Of a stretch of 64,000 bases of DNA, positions 44,898-59,126 are shown in pieces; within the stretch, counting starts at the first letter, position 1; every line of letters begins with the position of its first letter. The notes beneath the pieces were generated by a model, which did no database searches, had not been told where the DNA came from, and was given only the letters and a program-made list of their open reading frames with translations. The stretch lies in NCBI RefSeq assembly GCF_009914755.1, contig NC_060927.1; one strand, 5' to 3'. Source of the DNA: the human T2T-CHM13v2.0 reference genome, Homo sapiens. The position numbers and the translations under genes are program-made.

Positions 44898-47634
44898 TGG
44901 ACAAGGCCTTTTATCATTATATACTGTCCCTCTTTGTCTCTTTTGACCACTGCTGCTTTAAAGTTTGTTTTGTCTGATATAACAATAGCTACCCCTGCTC
45001 ACTTTTGGTGTCCTTTTGCATGAAATGCCTTTTTCCTCCCTTTTCCTTTATGTGAGTCCTTATGTGCTAGGAGAGTCTCTTCGCAGATAGTTGGTTGCTA
45101 ACTTCTTATCCATTGTGCGGTTCTGTAAATTTTAAGTGGAACATTTAGGTCATTTACATTCAACGTTAGTATTGAAATGTGAGGTACCGTTGCTTTCATC
45201 ATGCTCTTTGTTGCCTGTGTACTTGGTTTTATTTGTATGTTTTTTGTTTCTGCTTTTTAGCTTGTATTTCTGTTTTATAGGTCCTGTGTGATTTATGCTT
45301 TAAAGAGGTTCTGTTTTTATGTGTTTGTTTCAAGATTTTGAGCTCCTTATAGCAGATCTTGTAGTGGTGGTTTGGTAATGGCGAATTCTCTCAGAATTTG
45401 TTATTCTGAAGATGACTGTATCTTTCCTTCATATATAATGCTTAGTTTCACTGGATACAAAATTCTTGGCTGATAATTGTTTGGTTTGAGAAGGCTGAAT
45501 ATAGGTCCCCAATCCCTTCTAGCTTATAGGATTTCTGCTGAGAAATCTGTTGTTAATCTGATAGGTTTTCCTTCGTAGGCAACCTGGTGCTCCTGTCTCT
45601 TAAGATTCTTTCTTTTATCTTAACTTTGGATACCCTTATGACAATGGGCCTAGGTGAAGATCTTTTTCGGATGAATTTCCTAGGTGTTCTTTGTTCTTCT
45701 TGTATTTGGCTGTCTAGGTCTCTAGCAAGGCTGGAGAAGTTTTTCTCAATTATTCCCCAAATATATTTTCCAGGTTTTTAGAATTCTCTTCTTTCTCAGG
45801 CACACAGTTGTTCTTAGGTTTGATCATTTAAAATAATCCCAGAGTTCTTGGAGGCTTTGTTCATATTTTCTTCTTTTTTTCTTTGTCTTTGTTGGATCCA
45901 GTTAATGTGAATACCTCATCTTTGAGCTCTGAATTTCTCTCTTCTACTTGTTCAATTCTATTGCAGAGACTTTCCAGAGCATTTCACCTCTCTAAAAGTG
46001 TGTGGCCAAAGTTTCCTCAATTTTTTGTTGTTTTTTCTTTAAGTTATCTATTTCCAAGAATATTTATCCCTTCACTTGTATCATTTTTTGGATTTCCTTG
46101 CATTGGGCTTCATCTTTCTCTGGTCCCTCCCTGATTACCTTAATCACTAACCCTCTGAATTCTTTTTTAGATAAATCAGGGATTTCTACTTGGTTTGGGT
46201 CCATTGCAGTTGAACTAGTGTGATTTTTTGGGGGTATTGAAGAGCCTTGTTTTGTCACATTAGCAATGTTGGTTTTCTTGTTCCTTCTCATTTGGGTGGC
46301 CTCTGTCAGAGGGAAGGTATAGGTCTGAAGGCTGTTCTTCAGATTCTTTTGTCCCACGGGTGTTTTCTTGACATACTACTCCCACTTTTCCTATGGATAT
46401 GGCTTCCTGTAAGCTGAACTGCAGTGATCGTTGTCTCTTTCCTGGGTCTAGCCAACAAGTGAGTCTACACAGCACCAGGCTGATACTGGTTGTTGTCTGT
46501 ACTGAGTCCTGTGATGTGAATTGTCTATGAGTCTCTCAGCCACGGATACTGGCATCTGTTCCTGTGGAGGTGGCAGAGGGTGCAGTGGACTCCATAAGGG
46601 TCCTTACCTTCGGTGGTTTAATGCTCTATTTTTCTGCTGGTTGACCTTCTGCCAGGAGGTAGCACTTTCCAGAAAGCATCAGCTGTAGTAGTGTGGAGAG
46701 GAACCAGTAGTGGGCAGGGTCCTAGAAGTTCCAAGATTATATGCCATTTGTCTTCCACTACCAGGGTGAATAGGGAAGGACCATCAGGCAGTGGCAGGGC
46801 TAGGCATGTCTAAGTTCAGCCTCTCCTTGGGCTGGGCTTGTTGTGGCTGGGGGGGATGGGGGTGAGATTCCCAGGTCACTGGAGTTGTGTACCTAGGAGG
46901 ATTATGGTTGCCTCTGCTGAGTCATGCAGGTTTTCAAGGAAGTGGCGGAAAGCCAGCGGTCACAGCCTCAAGTCTATTTCCAGGTGGAGGGTAAGATGGG
47001 CTTGAAAACTTGCCTGAGACTTTCCATCTCTCAGCTGTGAGAGAAAAGGACTTTAGTTCTTCCCTGCCTGTGACATCTGCATGCCCGATTCATGCCCTCC
47101 CCCGAGTTCTGGCCAGGAGGCTTCTTACCCCGTTAACATTGTTACAAAGTTCAGCTAGAGAATTCCTTCTCCCTGTGGAATTTTACCACTGCTCCTCTGG
47201 CCACCCTGTTGATGTATCCTTGTGGTGCCAGGCAGGAATGGGCTGCTTGGGGACCCAGCGAGCTCTCAGGTCCTTTCCGTGGCTTCCTCGTCCCCTGTAT
47301 TTTGCTGGGCTCTCTAACTTGACTCAGCTCCAGGTAAAGTCAGAAACTTCCCCCACAAATAGACCAGCTTCTCTAGTGAGGATGTGTTAGGGGAGGAGGC
47401 TCTCCCTTTCCCATTTCCACAGTTGGGAAACTCACAGTATTTGGGGTGTTTCCTGGGTGCTGCAGGTGCAGTCTACTTCCTTCAGAAGTTCTATGGGTCC
47501 TCTCGGGATTGCTTATTTGTTCTTGCCGTCTGTTCGGAGCTAAAATTTACAGTGCAAACCTCCACATGCTTCTCTGTCTGGAGCTGCAATCTAGTTCTGC
47601 CTGTCATCCGCCATGTTCCTAGAAATCTTTACAA
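41241..47634 (-). mobile_element. Near full-length L1PB (L1PB1/L1PBa-type), ORFs disrupted
   Basis: 3' end CCATAAGTTACTGGGGTACAGGTGGTATTTG; RT (43153-43734) and endonuclease (44378-44725: GTFSKIDH, SDHSG) fragments; ORF1 relic ~45300-46300; GC-richer 5' UTR to ~47620; candidate TSD ATTCATTTTT (41231-41240, 47635-47644). Confidence 0.9.
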
Positions 47635-49014
47635 ATTCATTTTTCAATTGTGTATTTTTGCTTGGGTAAGTTCCAGCTAAATCAATTATTAGAGAATGTG
47701 CGTAAAAATCTAATTAATTTATAATCAATAATGAAAACTAAGGGTGAAAATAAAAATAATAAAGAATGTGTGACTGCTTCCTCTGCTTTTTTACTATACT
47801 CAATACTGATTATTTTGTCAAAATTAAATGAGAGTAGAGAAGAGCTTAATATATATTTGAGTTGTGGTTTTTCTCATTATCTGCCCTTCAATGTCTCTAT
47901 TTTTTAAAAAATAAATTCTACAAGTATAAACCATTGAATATTATAGAATATTTTATAAGGATATTTTCTAATGTCTCTGAGTATATCTAAAGTAACATAA
48001 TAGTACATTCTGTAGGAAATGATCTAAACATATTTTCTTTATGGAACAAAATAATTTATCATGGCTATGTAATCCTGCAAAGTATTCAGAGTCCAAAATT
48101 ACATTGATGTATGCATGATTATCTCTCAAGAAATAAAAATAATCATGTGCTTGGCAAACTATGTAGTAGATTTGATAAAGCTTTGTATTTTGTGTATACT
48201 CATTAGACATATTGATATTTAAAACATAGTTTTAGTCATATTTATCACACGTTCAGCTTTTTTGGCATGCCCTGGAAAAGCTAGACTGCTTATTTCATTG
48301 AATTATTTTATATGAATGAGAAAAACTAATATACATCATAATAGTGCATAACATGATTTTTAGGATAATTATTTTCAAGCAGTTATAATTGATGTTATTT
48401 GGATTTTATTGGTTAAAAAATGCTAATTTTTAATTGTTTATGACTAGATTTTTAAAATAAAGATGTTTCTCCATTATTTAATTTTAGTACTACAAATAAA
48501 TTAGCTTAATTTCATCATGATAATGAAGAGCTTGCTTCCTACCTTTCTATTCCTCTAGGACATGAGATAATTCTCCCATCATAGTTTTTTCTGCCCCTGA
48601 GCTGGTATTATATATGTTGCACAATTCAGAACAATCTTTTCCTTTGTGTAAGCTGGCAGTATCAAGGATTTATGGCAGCTACTCTCTCATGCTAGTGAGG
48701 GGAGAATAAGACTCAATGTGTTTTAAAATCAAGTATAAATCAAAGCTGGTGAAAGGCAAAACCTGAAGAAATGCCATACTTTTGTAAAAATATCCAAACT
48801 TTTTTGAGTATTTCTTTTTATGCTTTCACCATATGGTTGAGAGCAGAAATAAGATTAAAAAAATACAATGTATAATTTCAAATGATGTCATGTATCTCAT
48901 TATTACTGACGGCTGATGTAGCTGAATATTTTTTATGTGATTTGGAACAAATCAACTTCCCTTTATCTGATAATGTTTCTTTATATTAAAAAGGAACTTT
49001 GAATAAGAAAGGCA

Positions 49015-49230
49015 GTTCTGTGGAAAGAGCATAAACTTTGATGTCTGAGGCCTATATCCAAATTCCAAGTCATGTTTGGAATGTTTCCTCATGCTTACTT
49101 ATTATACTTAGTACAAGTTACCCACCTTCTCAGATTCACTGACCTTTGTTTGTATCCTGCGGGTGTTGCGATATGTGAAAAGCATTTCCACTATTCAGAA
49201 AAAAACTCAATGTACTAATACTAATAAGGT
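49015..49230 (+). mobile_element. MIR relic (similar weak relics at ~3405, ~24780, ~33365, ~58855)
   Basis: GTGGAAAGAGCATAAACTTTGATGTC..; CAAGTTACCCACCTTCTCAG resemble the MIR core; highly diverged. Confidence 0.5.
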
Positions 49231-51318
49231 TATCAAATTTTCCTTTAGAAGATATAACACACTCATGTCTTACAAACGTTGTTTTTGATTAAGCAATACC
49301 AAGATGAACTCCCATTTCTGAACAGCAAACTACACAAAAGCAACAATGGAGAAAGAGTTAAGTCTGCATTTCCTCTGCAGAAGTCTTCTCTTTTGTAGCA
49401 ATTCTAGCACAATTTATCTTTTGAAATGTATGTCATTATAAAGCGATGAGAATTACAAATATCAATTTACAGTAAAACTAAATTTTCTCTTTATATGTTT
49501 TATGGTTTCTATATTTATATCCTATCAAGTAATGTAATGTCAGAGCAGTTCTCTGTTCTTCACCAGAAATAGCCCAGTGTTCTCCCAAGTGGCTTGATGG
49601 TAGGTTATGTCACATTCCTAACATGTCCTACCTAGAAAGGAATATGACAGGTAGTTTCAAGTGCTAGCAATATTGTTAAATTATGATGCATCTTTTGAAA
49701 TATCAGTTGAAAAATATACAATATTCTTAGTTGTGTTTCTATTGTTTACTATTTGCAGATTTTCTACTGTGTGGAACACTATTAGTAACATTTATCTTGC
49801 TGATTTCAGAATCTGCCACTGAAATAGAATTAGATTTTATTGCAATTTTAATACACACTCGTTTACCTCTATTACTACAAGTAAAACACTATTTATTACT
49901 ATTCATATTACTATTCTTATTAGTAATATTTAATACTACTAACTCATGACCTGTATTACTATGTTTTAAGGTAAAATGTGCAATCCAATCAAATTGCATG
50001 TATTCACTAACTTGACCATTTACCCAACAACCATAATTTTAAACCTAACTTCCAAATTTTGAGTGGAGAACAGGAATGTTGCAGAGAAATATGAATAATA
50101 AGAACTTGTAATAAATAGCAATATTTTTGATTATCTGATATTTTTATTTCTTATGCTTTATTTTAAACATATTTTCATAAGCTTACATTTTGCTAGATGT
50201 CTATATTTCTTGTATCCTTAACATTGAAATTTTGATTAGTTTTGACCACTCTTGTCTTATTTATTGATATTTTCAGCCATTTATTAGAGTCCATGACAGC
50301 AGATATTACCAGTTGGTTAAATGCCTCAGAGGGTTAAGATTTATATTAAAATAACAATCACAATTCAATATCTAAAGGAGAATAGGCTCTGAATTACCTG
50401 TTTAAATTTTAGAACAGATATTATTTAAATCAGCATACACAAACTGTGGAAAAAAGAAAAGTGGCATAATAAATAAACTAGTAGTTAATTTTTGCAGACT
50501 TGATTTTAATTTGGAAAATAATATAGTTTCTTTACATTAAGGATCACATACAAAGTGAGCATTTTTTCTGCGATTATTTTAAGTATTTACCTATATCATT
50601 TTTGAAACTTTTCTTCCATATATACACTGTTGTCCAGCTGACTTTAAACAAAGAATTTCTGATTCTGCTACCCAAGGCAATCACTGTCGGATGTTATAGC
50701 ATCTTATCAATTTCAAGTGACATAACTGTGTATGTGTCTATAAACACTATAGGGATTATGTTAAATAATACTCAATTACTTTATGGAGGCCCCTCTACCC
50801 TTTACTACTGCTTTGTTCAAATTTGTGTTGGTTTCTTTATTATTTTTTAGTTGCTCTATTAGTATTCTTTAAAAAATGGAACTAAATGTCTCATTAGATG
50901 AATGAGCTTATTGTCCTGAGAAAGATTCCAGGCTGTGGGTCAAAGAGGGGGGATCCCAGTTAAAGCCTGGCAGATTCTCTTAGTTGAAGAGGCAGGATTG
51001 AGAGTCTAGAAAACCCAAAAAGTGTAGAGTAATAGGGAGTATTATCACAGAAAAGGGGCAGCACAGACAGAGAATTCTAGACCACTGTGTCCGGGACTCC
51101 CTCAGATATCCAGAGAATACTAATATTTCATGGATTTAAGGAAACTATCCCAGGCCAGTAAAAAGGAAACACCTAAAAAGATTAGAAGAAGCAGAGCCTT
51201 CACAATATCAGGAAGAGTGCTAATTCCCACTAATCAAATTTGAAAAATGTTATAATTTATTGAGTATTGGGTAGAGTCCTCAGAAGAATCTTTCTTTAAA
51301 AGTGTGGAATAATTAGCT

Positions 51319-52768
51319 ACCTAGGAATACATTTAATCAAGGAGGTGAAAGATCTTTATAAGAAGAACTACAAAACACAGTAGGAAAGAAATTGTAAATG
51401 ACACAAACAAGTGGAAAAAACTTCCCATGGTCATGGATGGGAAGAATCAATATCCTTTAAAGAGCCATACTGCCCAAAGCAATCTACAGATTAAATGCAA
51501 TCCTATAAAAACATCAATGTTATTTTTCACATAATTTAAAGATAATCCTAAAATTCATAAGAAACAAAAAAAGAATGTGAATCACCAAAGCAATTCTAAG
51601 CAAAAAGAACAAAGCTGGAGACATCACATTATCTGACTTCAAATTATACTACAAGGCTAGATTTAATAGCATGGTAATGGAATAAAAATAAACATGTAGA
51701 CCAAAGGAGCAGAATAGAGAACACAGAAATAAAGGTACATACTTACAGTCAACTGTTCTTTGACAAAGTTGAAAAAAACACTGGGGAAAGGACACCCTAT
51801 GTAATACCTGGTGCTGGGAAAATTGGATTGCCATATGCAGAAGTGTGAAAAGGGACTCCTGTCTCTCACCAAATACAAAAATTAGCTCAAGATGAATTAA
51901 AGACTTAAGCTCAAGACCTGAAAATATTAAATTATTAGAAGAAAACAGGAAAAATCTTTTCTGAACATTGGCATGGAAAAAGAATTCATGACTAAGACCT
52001 CAAAAGCTAAAGGAACACAAAGATGGACAAATAGGACCTAATTAAGCTGAAAACCTGCACAGCAAAATAAATAGTCAATAGCATAAACAGATAAACTACA
52101 GAATGGGAGAAAATATTTAAAAGCTAGGCATCTAACAAAAGACTAATATTAAGAATTTATAAGGAACTCAACAACAACAACAACAAAAACAACCCCATTA
52201 AAAGGAGGCAAAAGACATGAACACACATTTTTTAAAAGACATACAAATGACCAATAAAAATACAAAAAATGTTCAACATCACTAATAATCAGAGAAATGC
52301 ATGTTAAAACCTAAATGAGATACCATTTTACACCAGTCAAAATGGCTGTTATTAAAAAGTAAAAATAAAGTAACATGTTGGCAAGGATTCAGACAAAAGG
52401 GAATGCATATACACAGTTGGTGGGAATATAAATTAGTACACCCTCTATGTAAAACAGTATGGCAATTTCTCAAAGAACAAAAAATACAACTAACATTTGA
52501 TCCACTAATCTCACTACTTGGTGTCTACACAAATAATACAGAAAAAATTATAGATAGATAGATAGATCTATCTTTAAATTATGTGAAAAATAACATTGGT
52601 GTTTTTATAGGACTGCATTTAATCTGTAGATTGCTTCGGGCAGTATGGCTGCCGGTATAATGTACAGGGGTTGGGCGATGGCTATACTAAAAGCCCAGAC
52701 TTCACCACTACACAAAATATTCATGTAACAACACTGTACTTGTATTCCCTAAATCTGTCTACATAAAA
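51319..52768 (+). mobile_element. L1PB4/L1MA-type 5'-truncated L1 with internal deletion and inverted templated insert (52569-52650)
   Basis: TACCTAGGAATACATTTAATCAAGGAGGTGAAAGA ORF2 to ~52533; 3' UTR end AAAAGCCCAGACTTCACCACTAC at ~52690. Confidence 0.85.
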
Positions 52769-52989
52769 GCTGTGTCCTAAAAGCTGCTTATGTCTTGCTT
52801 GACAAATCTTAAAAACAAGACCTGAAACACCAAACAATTATCAAGTTATTAAATCCCATCCCTGAACAACATTTGAGAATATGTAGAGAACTACAAACTG
52901 TTCAGTATGATTTTTTAGAACAGTCACAATTTCTAGCATCATATAAAAAATTACTAGATATGTGAAACTAGAAAAATATGAATGAAAAC

Positions 52990-54285
52990 ACAATGTGTCA
53001 AAAGTCATGGGATGCAGGTAAATGAATATTCAGAAAGAAATTCTTGTAGCACTAAATGGTTTTATTAAAAAGAATGTAATCAAAGAATGGTGTCAAATTA
53101 ATGAACCCAGCTTCTCCCTAAATGAATTTAAAAAAAGAGAGAAGGAGAAAGAAAAGAATCTCAAAATGGAGGAAAAGGAAAAAAATAAAGACCACAACAA
53201 AAATTGAATTAAAAAGTAGAAAAAGTAGGGGAAATAAATAATAGGAAGTGGATTTTATTGAGAAGGTTAATATGATTGACAAACCTCTGGTCAGAGTAAT
53301 AAAAACATTTCAGAAATGACAATAGTAATATGAGGAATAAGAGAATGGAAATCATTACAGATACTGCATATACTGATAATAAAGAGCTATTATTTTTAAA
53401 ACTGCATGCAAATAAATTGTACAATCTTGTTGAAATAGGCTTAATCTTTGAAGAATGCAAGCTATCAAATCTGACTAAAAAAAATAATGTGAATACGTCT
53501 ATATCTATTGTCCAATAAACACAAATCTGGACTTTAAGGAACTATTTTATTCAGAAGAAATACTATTACAATAGGAAGAACACGAATTTCAGATAACTGC
53601 AGGCATTTCAAATTCAAACAAAAAAGGCCTTTCTTTATAGGGTTAAATTAGAAGGAAAGAAAAACAATATTTTAAGGAGAAATTTGCTAAACAAGGGGAA
53701 ATGATAAGTGAGGTTTAACAGAGACATTGTTTTGCTGTGGTAAGCTGACCCTGAGGATAAGCTGATATGATGGTACTTTCAATTTTTAGAGTTTACTCAG
53801 GCTTAGTGACAAGAAAACTTTAGGATCCTGTAGAAAAGAGAGAAGGTTGACTGAAGTTTGTTTAAGACAAAGCAGAGAGTAACAAATGGACGTTTGTGAA
53901 TGCCTGAACACCGTAAGAGACATTGAACTTGTAGTTAAAACCATTTCACAAAGAAAATTCTGGGTCCAGATAGCTTCACTGGTAAATTCTACCAAACATT
54001 TATGAATCAAATAATACCAATGCTAGACCATTTTTCTAGAGAATTAAAGAAGATAGAATAATTCCCAACTCTTTCTATGAGGACATTTTATGATTCATTA
54101 TTCTAGAAACAAAATCAGACAAGAACAGTTAAAAAATAAGTACAATCCAAAATCTGTCATAAATATAGATACACAACTTCCTAGAACAATTTTAGCAAAT
54201 CAAATGCACGATTTTATAAAATGAATCAGAATTCATGACCAAATGACTTCTTCCTAAGAGTGCTGGGTTGGCTCAATATTGGAAA
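52990..54285 (+). mobile_element. Old L1M ORF2 fragments (resume at ~57100-57210)
   Basis: ATTGACAAACCTCTGG, GGTCCAGATAGCTTCACTGGTAAATTCTACCAAACATT, GGTTGGCTCAATATTGGAAA; continuation ATCAACCAATGTAATG at ~57107. Confidence 0.7.
53508..53910 (-). mobile_element. Probable ERV solo LTR (family not identified) inside L1M
   Basis: TG...CA-bounded ~400-bp block interrupting colinear L1 sequence; TTTATT near the left end. Confidence 0.5.
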
Positions 54286-54294
54286 CTCTGTATC

Positions 54295-57095
54295 AGAACA
54301 AAAAAAGTCTCTTGTTCATTGCTGGTGGGGATACAAAATGGCAAAGCTACTTTGGAAGATAATTTTGGTAGTTTCTAAAAAAGCTAAATGTAATCTTACG
54401 AAATGGTACAGCAGTTACACTCCTGGGTATTTGCCCAACTGATTTGAAAACTTATAACCACACAGAAACATTCACATTAATTCTTATATCAACTTTATTC
54501 TTAAACACCAACAATTGAAAGATACTAAGAGGTCCTTCCATTAGGTGATGAATAAACAAATTGTGGTAAATCAATGCAATGGAATACTAATCAGCAATAG
54601 AGAGAATGAGCTATCTATCAAGCCATGTTGAAAAATGTATAAATCTTAAGTGCATATTGCTATTTGAAAAAGCCAGCCTGAAAAGGCTAAGTACCGTAGA
54701 ATTTAAATTATTTGGCATTCTGGAGGAGGCAAAAATACAAAAATGGCAAACATATCAGTATTTAAAGTGGTCTGTTGATAAGCTAAGGTTGAAAAGTGAA
54801 TCACAGTCCAGTGAAAGTATATAATTCTGTATGATACTCAAATGGTGATTACATGACATTATTCATTTGGATAAGCCCATAGTTCTTCACAGCAAGAAGA
54901 GTGAACCTTAATGCATGCAAATTATATAAAACATTTAGGAAATAAAGATAAACACACATGCAATGAAGATTGTGACAAAATAAACCAGTTGTATTATAAA
55001 TATAACTGAATGCAAGTCCAGCTGCTCACAGCTTTAAAGCAAAAATAGGAGAAGTGGGGTCTGGTGAAAGGAAAGCAATTTTATTCAAATGGCAGTTCGT
55101 AAATGGCCGGGCTCATTCCTCTGAAAGACATTTCAAAATATTAAGCACATAAATGAGTTTAAGAAAGGTAACCTGGCATGGGAAGCATGTGCGAGTGGGG
55201 TGAAGAACAGGATCTGTGTGTCTTGTTCTGATGGCTATCTTGACTAAACTCCCTTTAGGAGGTCTTGTTGGTACTGTCTTGACTTTGGCCCAGTAGTGGT
55301 GTACTGATTGTTCACAACTCCCTCTAGGCAAGAGAGGATTCTACAGCTGAGTCTCCATGCATTAGTTTATTTCAGGTTTAGCCCCTGATATTTCTAAACA
55401 AGCACTTAATTAGAGAAGCTAGAACAGTGCAAGGGAATATCTGGTTGAAAAGAAGAAAAACAAAGGGTTTCAAAGTACATTTCAAGGTTAAGACTAGAAA
55501 AGAGAAAAAAAGTTTTAAAATGTATTTTGAAACTAAACTGCACAGTTACACAACTGTAGGAAACCTCATTAAGAAAAGGTTTGTTGTAAAATATGGAGAC
55601 TTCTGGAAATAAGTGAAACCAAGAAGTTTAAAGATAAAAAGAACTGCACAAAAAACATACTGCACCATAGTTAATAAAGTTGCTTAGTTGTCTCCCATGG
55701 GGATACCATATAACAGTTCTGAAATTGATATACACATATACTAAAATTAAACAATCAAGTAAATAAGTAGTAGATGATGGGAGCAAGCTTTTTCACTGTT
55801 AGAAGGGGAAGTTACTGATAAGCAAGGGGAGGAGGAAGTATAATTTATTTGAAAGGGTTAGAGTTGAAGAGATAGCTGAAGGTATGTTTAGCTTAACACA
55901 GATATAGATGGAAAACTTCAGATGGATAGCTAGAGAGATATTTGTATATACATGGTTTGTATACACACATACATAGATTTGCTATGTCAGCTAAGAGGAT
56001 CTAAAAATAATGACACTGGTAGCAATGAGCATATAGAGCACCAACATAATCCTTTCTAATATTTTTCCCCAGTAAAAGAAACCAGACCTCCTTGAAGAAA
56101 TAGTTGATTTTAGGGTTAAGTCAGGAACTATTGAAGAGGTGCCTGGAGTATCTCACAATACAAGAAAATAAGAAAGTGTTCAATTAAAACAAAGAATCAC
56201 CCAAAAGTTTGGGGGTATGGCAAAGAGAGAAGGCAACTGAAGCAATTCCCAAAAGCCAAAGCTGGAACAAATTGAGCAAGAAAATAAAGTAGTATTGAAT
56301 TATAACCCAAAGTACAAAATAAATATTTATGAGTCATTGCTTATAAAAACAAATATTGAATAAAAATAAAATTAAATGAGTGTGAGTAGGGAAATGGGAA
56401 AATTCTCCAGTGCAGAATTCTAAACAATTTATTTAGAGACTTTACCCTTAAGGAGGTGAAATAAAATTTCCCACTTGTCAAGTCTGAGCTGCATACATGA
56501 CTACCAAAGGTTACAGTATGGAGACAGGGAAAAAGAGTAACTTTCCAGTAGAGGAACCTGATAAACACTATCTCAACCAGGAATCAAGGTCAATATCAAC
56601 TCTGTTACATTGTGTTGATGGTGTGTACTTTTGTAGTATTGTGATGAAATGGCACTTTACCTGTGTTGTTTTCAAAAACCCGTTAACTCAGTTTAAATGG
56701 GAGAACAACATCAGCCAAATTCTAATTGAGGGATTTTCTGCAATATCCCTGACTAATACTCCCGAAAATTGTCAAGGTCATCGAAAGTAAGGAAAGTCAG
56801 AAAAACCATAACAGCAAAGAAGTGCCTCAGGAAAAGTGACTGATAAATATAATATGATATACTGGATGGGATCCTGGAAAAAAATAGACATTAGATAAAA
56901 ACTAAAGAAATCTGAATATGTGTGGATTTTAGTTAATATTGAAACATAAATATTGGTTCGTTAATTGTAAAAATGTACCATACTAATTTAACATATTAAT
57001 AATATAAGATAAATTGATTGTGAAGCATATGGGGAACTTCTAAAAATTCTTTATAATTGTACTGTAAACTTAAAATTACATTAAAAGTTTTAACA
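54295..57095 (+). mobile_element. L1MC-type (~L1MC3) ORF2 end and long 3' UTR nested in older L1M
   Basis: TTCATTGCTGGTGGGGATACAAAATGG; GGATGGGATCCTGGAA..GACATTAG..AAAACTAAAGAAATCTGAATA 3' UTR. Confidence 0.75.
55001..55550 (-). mobile_element. ERV1 solo LTR (LTR26-like)
   Basis: Inverted termini TATAACTG...CAGTTACA interrupting L1MC; minus-strand start TGTAACTGTGCAGTTTAGTTTCAAAATACATTTTAAAAC. Confidence 0.6.
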
Positions 57096-57250
57096 ATTTA
57101 TTAAAATCAACCAATGTAATGTATCATATTAATAAATTATAAAAGATAAAAACATTATATTTTAATGCCTGGAGAAGTAGAATTTGACAAAGCAAATATC
57201 CATTCCTGGGGGAAAAAAGACCAAACTGCTTAGCCAGTCAAACCTGGGAT

Positions 57251-57254
<4 letters not shown>

Positions 57255-57281
<27 letters not shown>
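57255..57281. repeat. (TG)n microsatellite
   Basis: Direct reading. Confidence 0.95.
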
Positions 57282-58450
57282 ATTTTAACCAAAAGATTTC
57301 TTCCAGCCACTAAATCTTAGCTCTAAGCTCTCAGCTCTTCCTTGGATTATGTACAGTATGAAAAATAGATGACCAAGATTTACTGTTATTGGAATATTTT
57401 CAATTTGGAAAGAAAATTGCTGTTGAGATGGATATTGCACATCTCTCATGACTATCAAGGGCTAGGATAAGTAGTCAATAATGGTAGATATCATAACATT
57501 TTGTGTGACAAAGCACAGATTTCAGAGGATGCATAATCTGAGTCTAAAGATAAATGGATCATATATTATATGCTTCATATGTGCTTTATGGACTTCATAA
57601 CAACATAATAAATAACCAATCTTGCGGTCCTAGAAGGGATTGTCATTCTCTCCTTGGCACTATAATTCCATCATTTTCACCAATCAGTAATGATTAAGAC
57701 CCCACACTGGGTACTAATTTCCATATTAGTTTTAACTTTTGGTTGCAATGACAGGAACACAACTCAATCAATCTACTTTTGGCAAATGGATAATGCTTTT
57801 ACTCACAGAATCCACACACTAGATGAAAGATAACTCCAGAAAGATGCACACATCTTGGACACTAGATTAGAAGGAACAAGAAAGTAAATCATCTAGGGTC
57901 TCATTCTTTTCTTTGTTTCTCCTCTTTGATTGTTAAGATCAACCTATCTTACTTTATCTGAATTTTTTGCACATTGATTTAAATTAGTAAAGATGATAAC
58001 TCTAATATTACAGCAATTATTTAGATTGACTTGAAACTCTTTATAAATGAGGCCCAAATGTTACTAAGAAACTCACTGATATAGTTTGTCAGGTGACATA
58101 TAGACCAAACCACTGAATCCAGAAGAATGAAGATTTAGGAATTTCCTATCATAACCTGGTTATTAACCTGTGAGGATGATAAGTTGAAACAGGATGTAAG
58201 ATCCTGCACTAATATTTGAATAGGGAGATTGGCTATTCTAAAGGAAAATGGTAATGGGCAGCCAATCCCACGTGTTCATAACAATTGATCAATAGTACAG
58301 ACTTAAACCTAAAAATTGTATATATGTATGACTCTATATATATACACACATACATACAAACACATACACACACAATTTGGCTTAACTACAGCCATCTTAT
58401 TTTACCTAGACAAACTTTAAGATTGATATTTATAAATGAAGCAAACTAGT

Positions 58451-58803
58451 TGCTATAAACTGAATGTTTTTGTTGCTTCTCCCCCAGTATAATGACATTT
58501 GTTAAGGTGGACCTTTGGAAGGTAATTAGGTTTAAATTTTGTTATGAAGGTGGGGTTACCATAATGGGATTAGTGTCCTTATATGGAGAAGAAGAGAGAC
58601 CTGAGCCTTCCCTCTCTCTCTTCACCATATGAGAACACAGTTAAAAGGCAGCTGTCTGCAAGCCGGGACCCTCACCAGAAACCAAATTTGCCAGCACTTT
58701 GACCTTGGACTTTCAGCCTCCAGACCTCTGAAAAATGAATATCTCTTTCTTAAGCTACCTGGCATAAGGCATTCTCTTATAGCAGCCTGAAGAGACTAAT
58801 AGA
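58451..58803 (+). mobile_element. MLT1A-type MaLR solo LTR
   Basis: TGCTATAAACTGAATG start; ATGGGATTAGTGTCCTTAT; CTTGGACTTTCAGCCTCCAGA; ends TATAGCAGCCTGAAGAGACTAATAGA. Confidence 0.85.
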
Positions 58804-59072
58804 TGAGGTTAAGCAAAGCATGATGTATTAGGAAGCTGAGGTATATGAAGCAGACCAATATTGATTTTTATTTCAGTTCTTTTTACTGTTATTTGTACAA
58901 TGCTGAACAAATGGTTTCATCAATCATGAATCTAACTATAATTTCCCTACTTGGAAACATAGTTAACATACCTTATATGATGTTTGTGAGAATTAGCTTT
59001 AGTATACTATAAATAACTGAGCATAGTTACGACTCAATTTCCAAACATCACACGGGATATTCTTAATAAAGT

Positions 59073-59074
<2 letters not shown>

Positions 59075-59121
<47 letters not shown>
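59075..59121. repeat. Pure (TG)23 microsatellite
   Basis: Direct reading. Confidence 0.95.
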
Positions 59122-59126
<5 letters not shown>

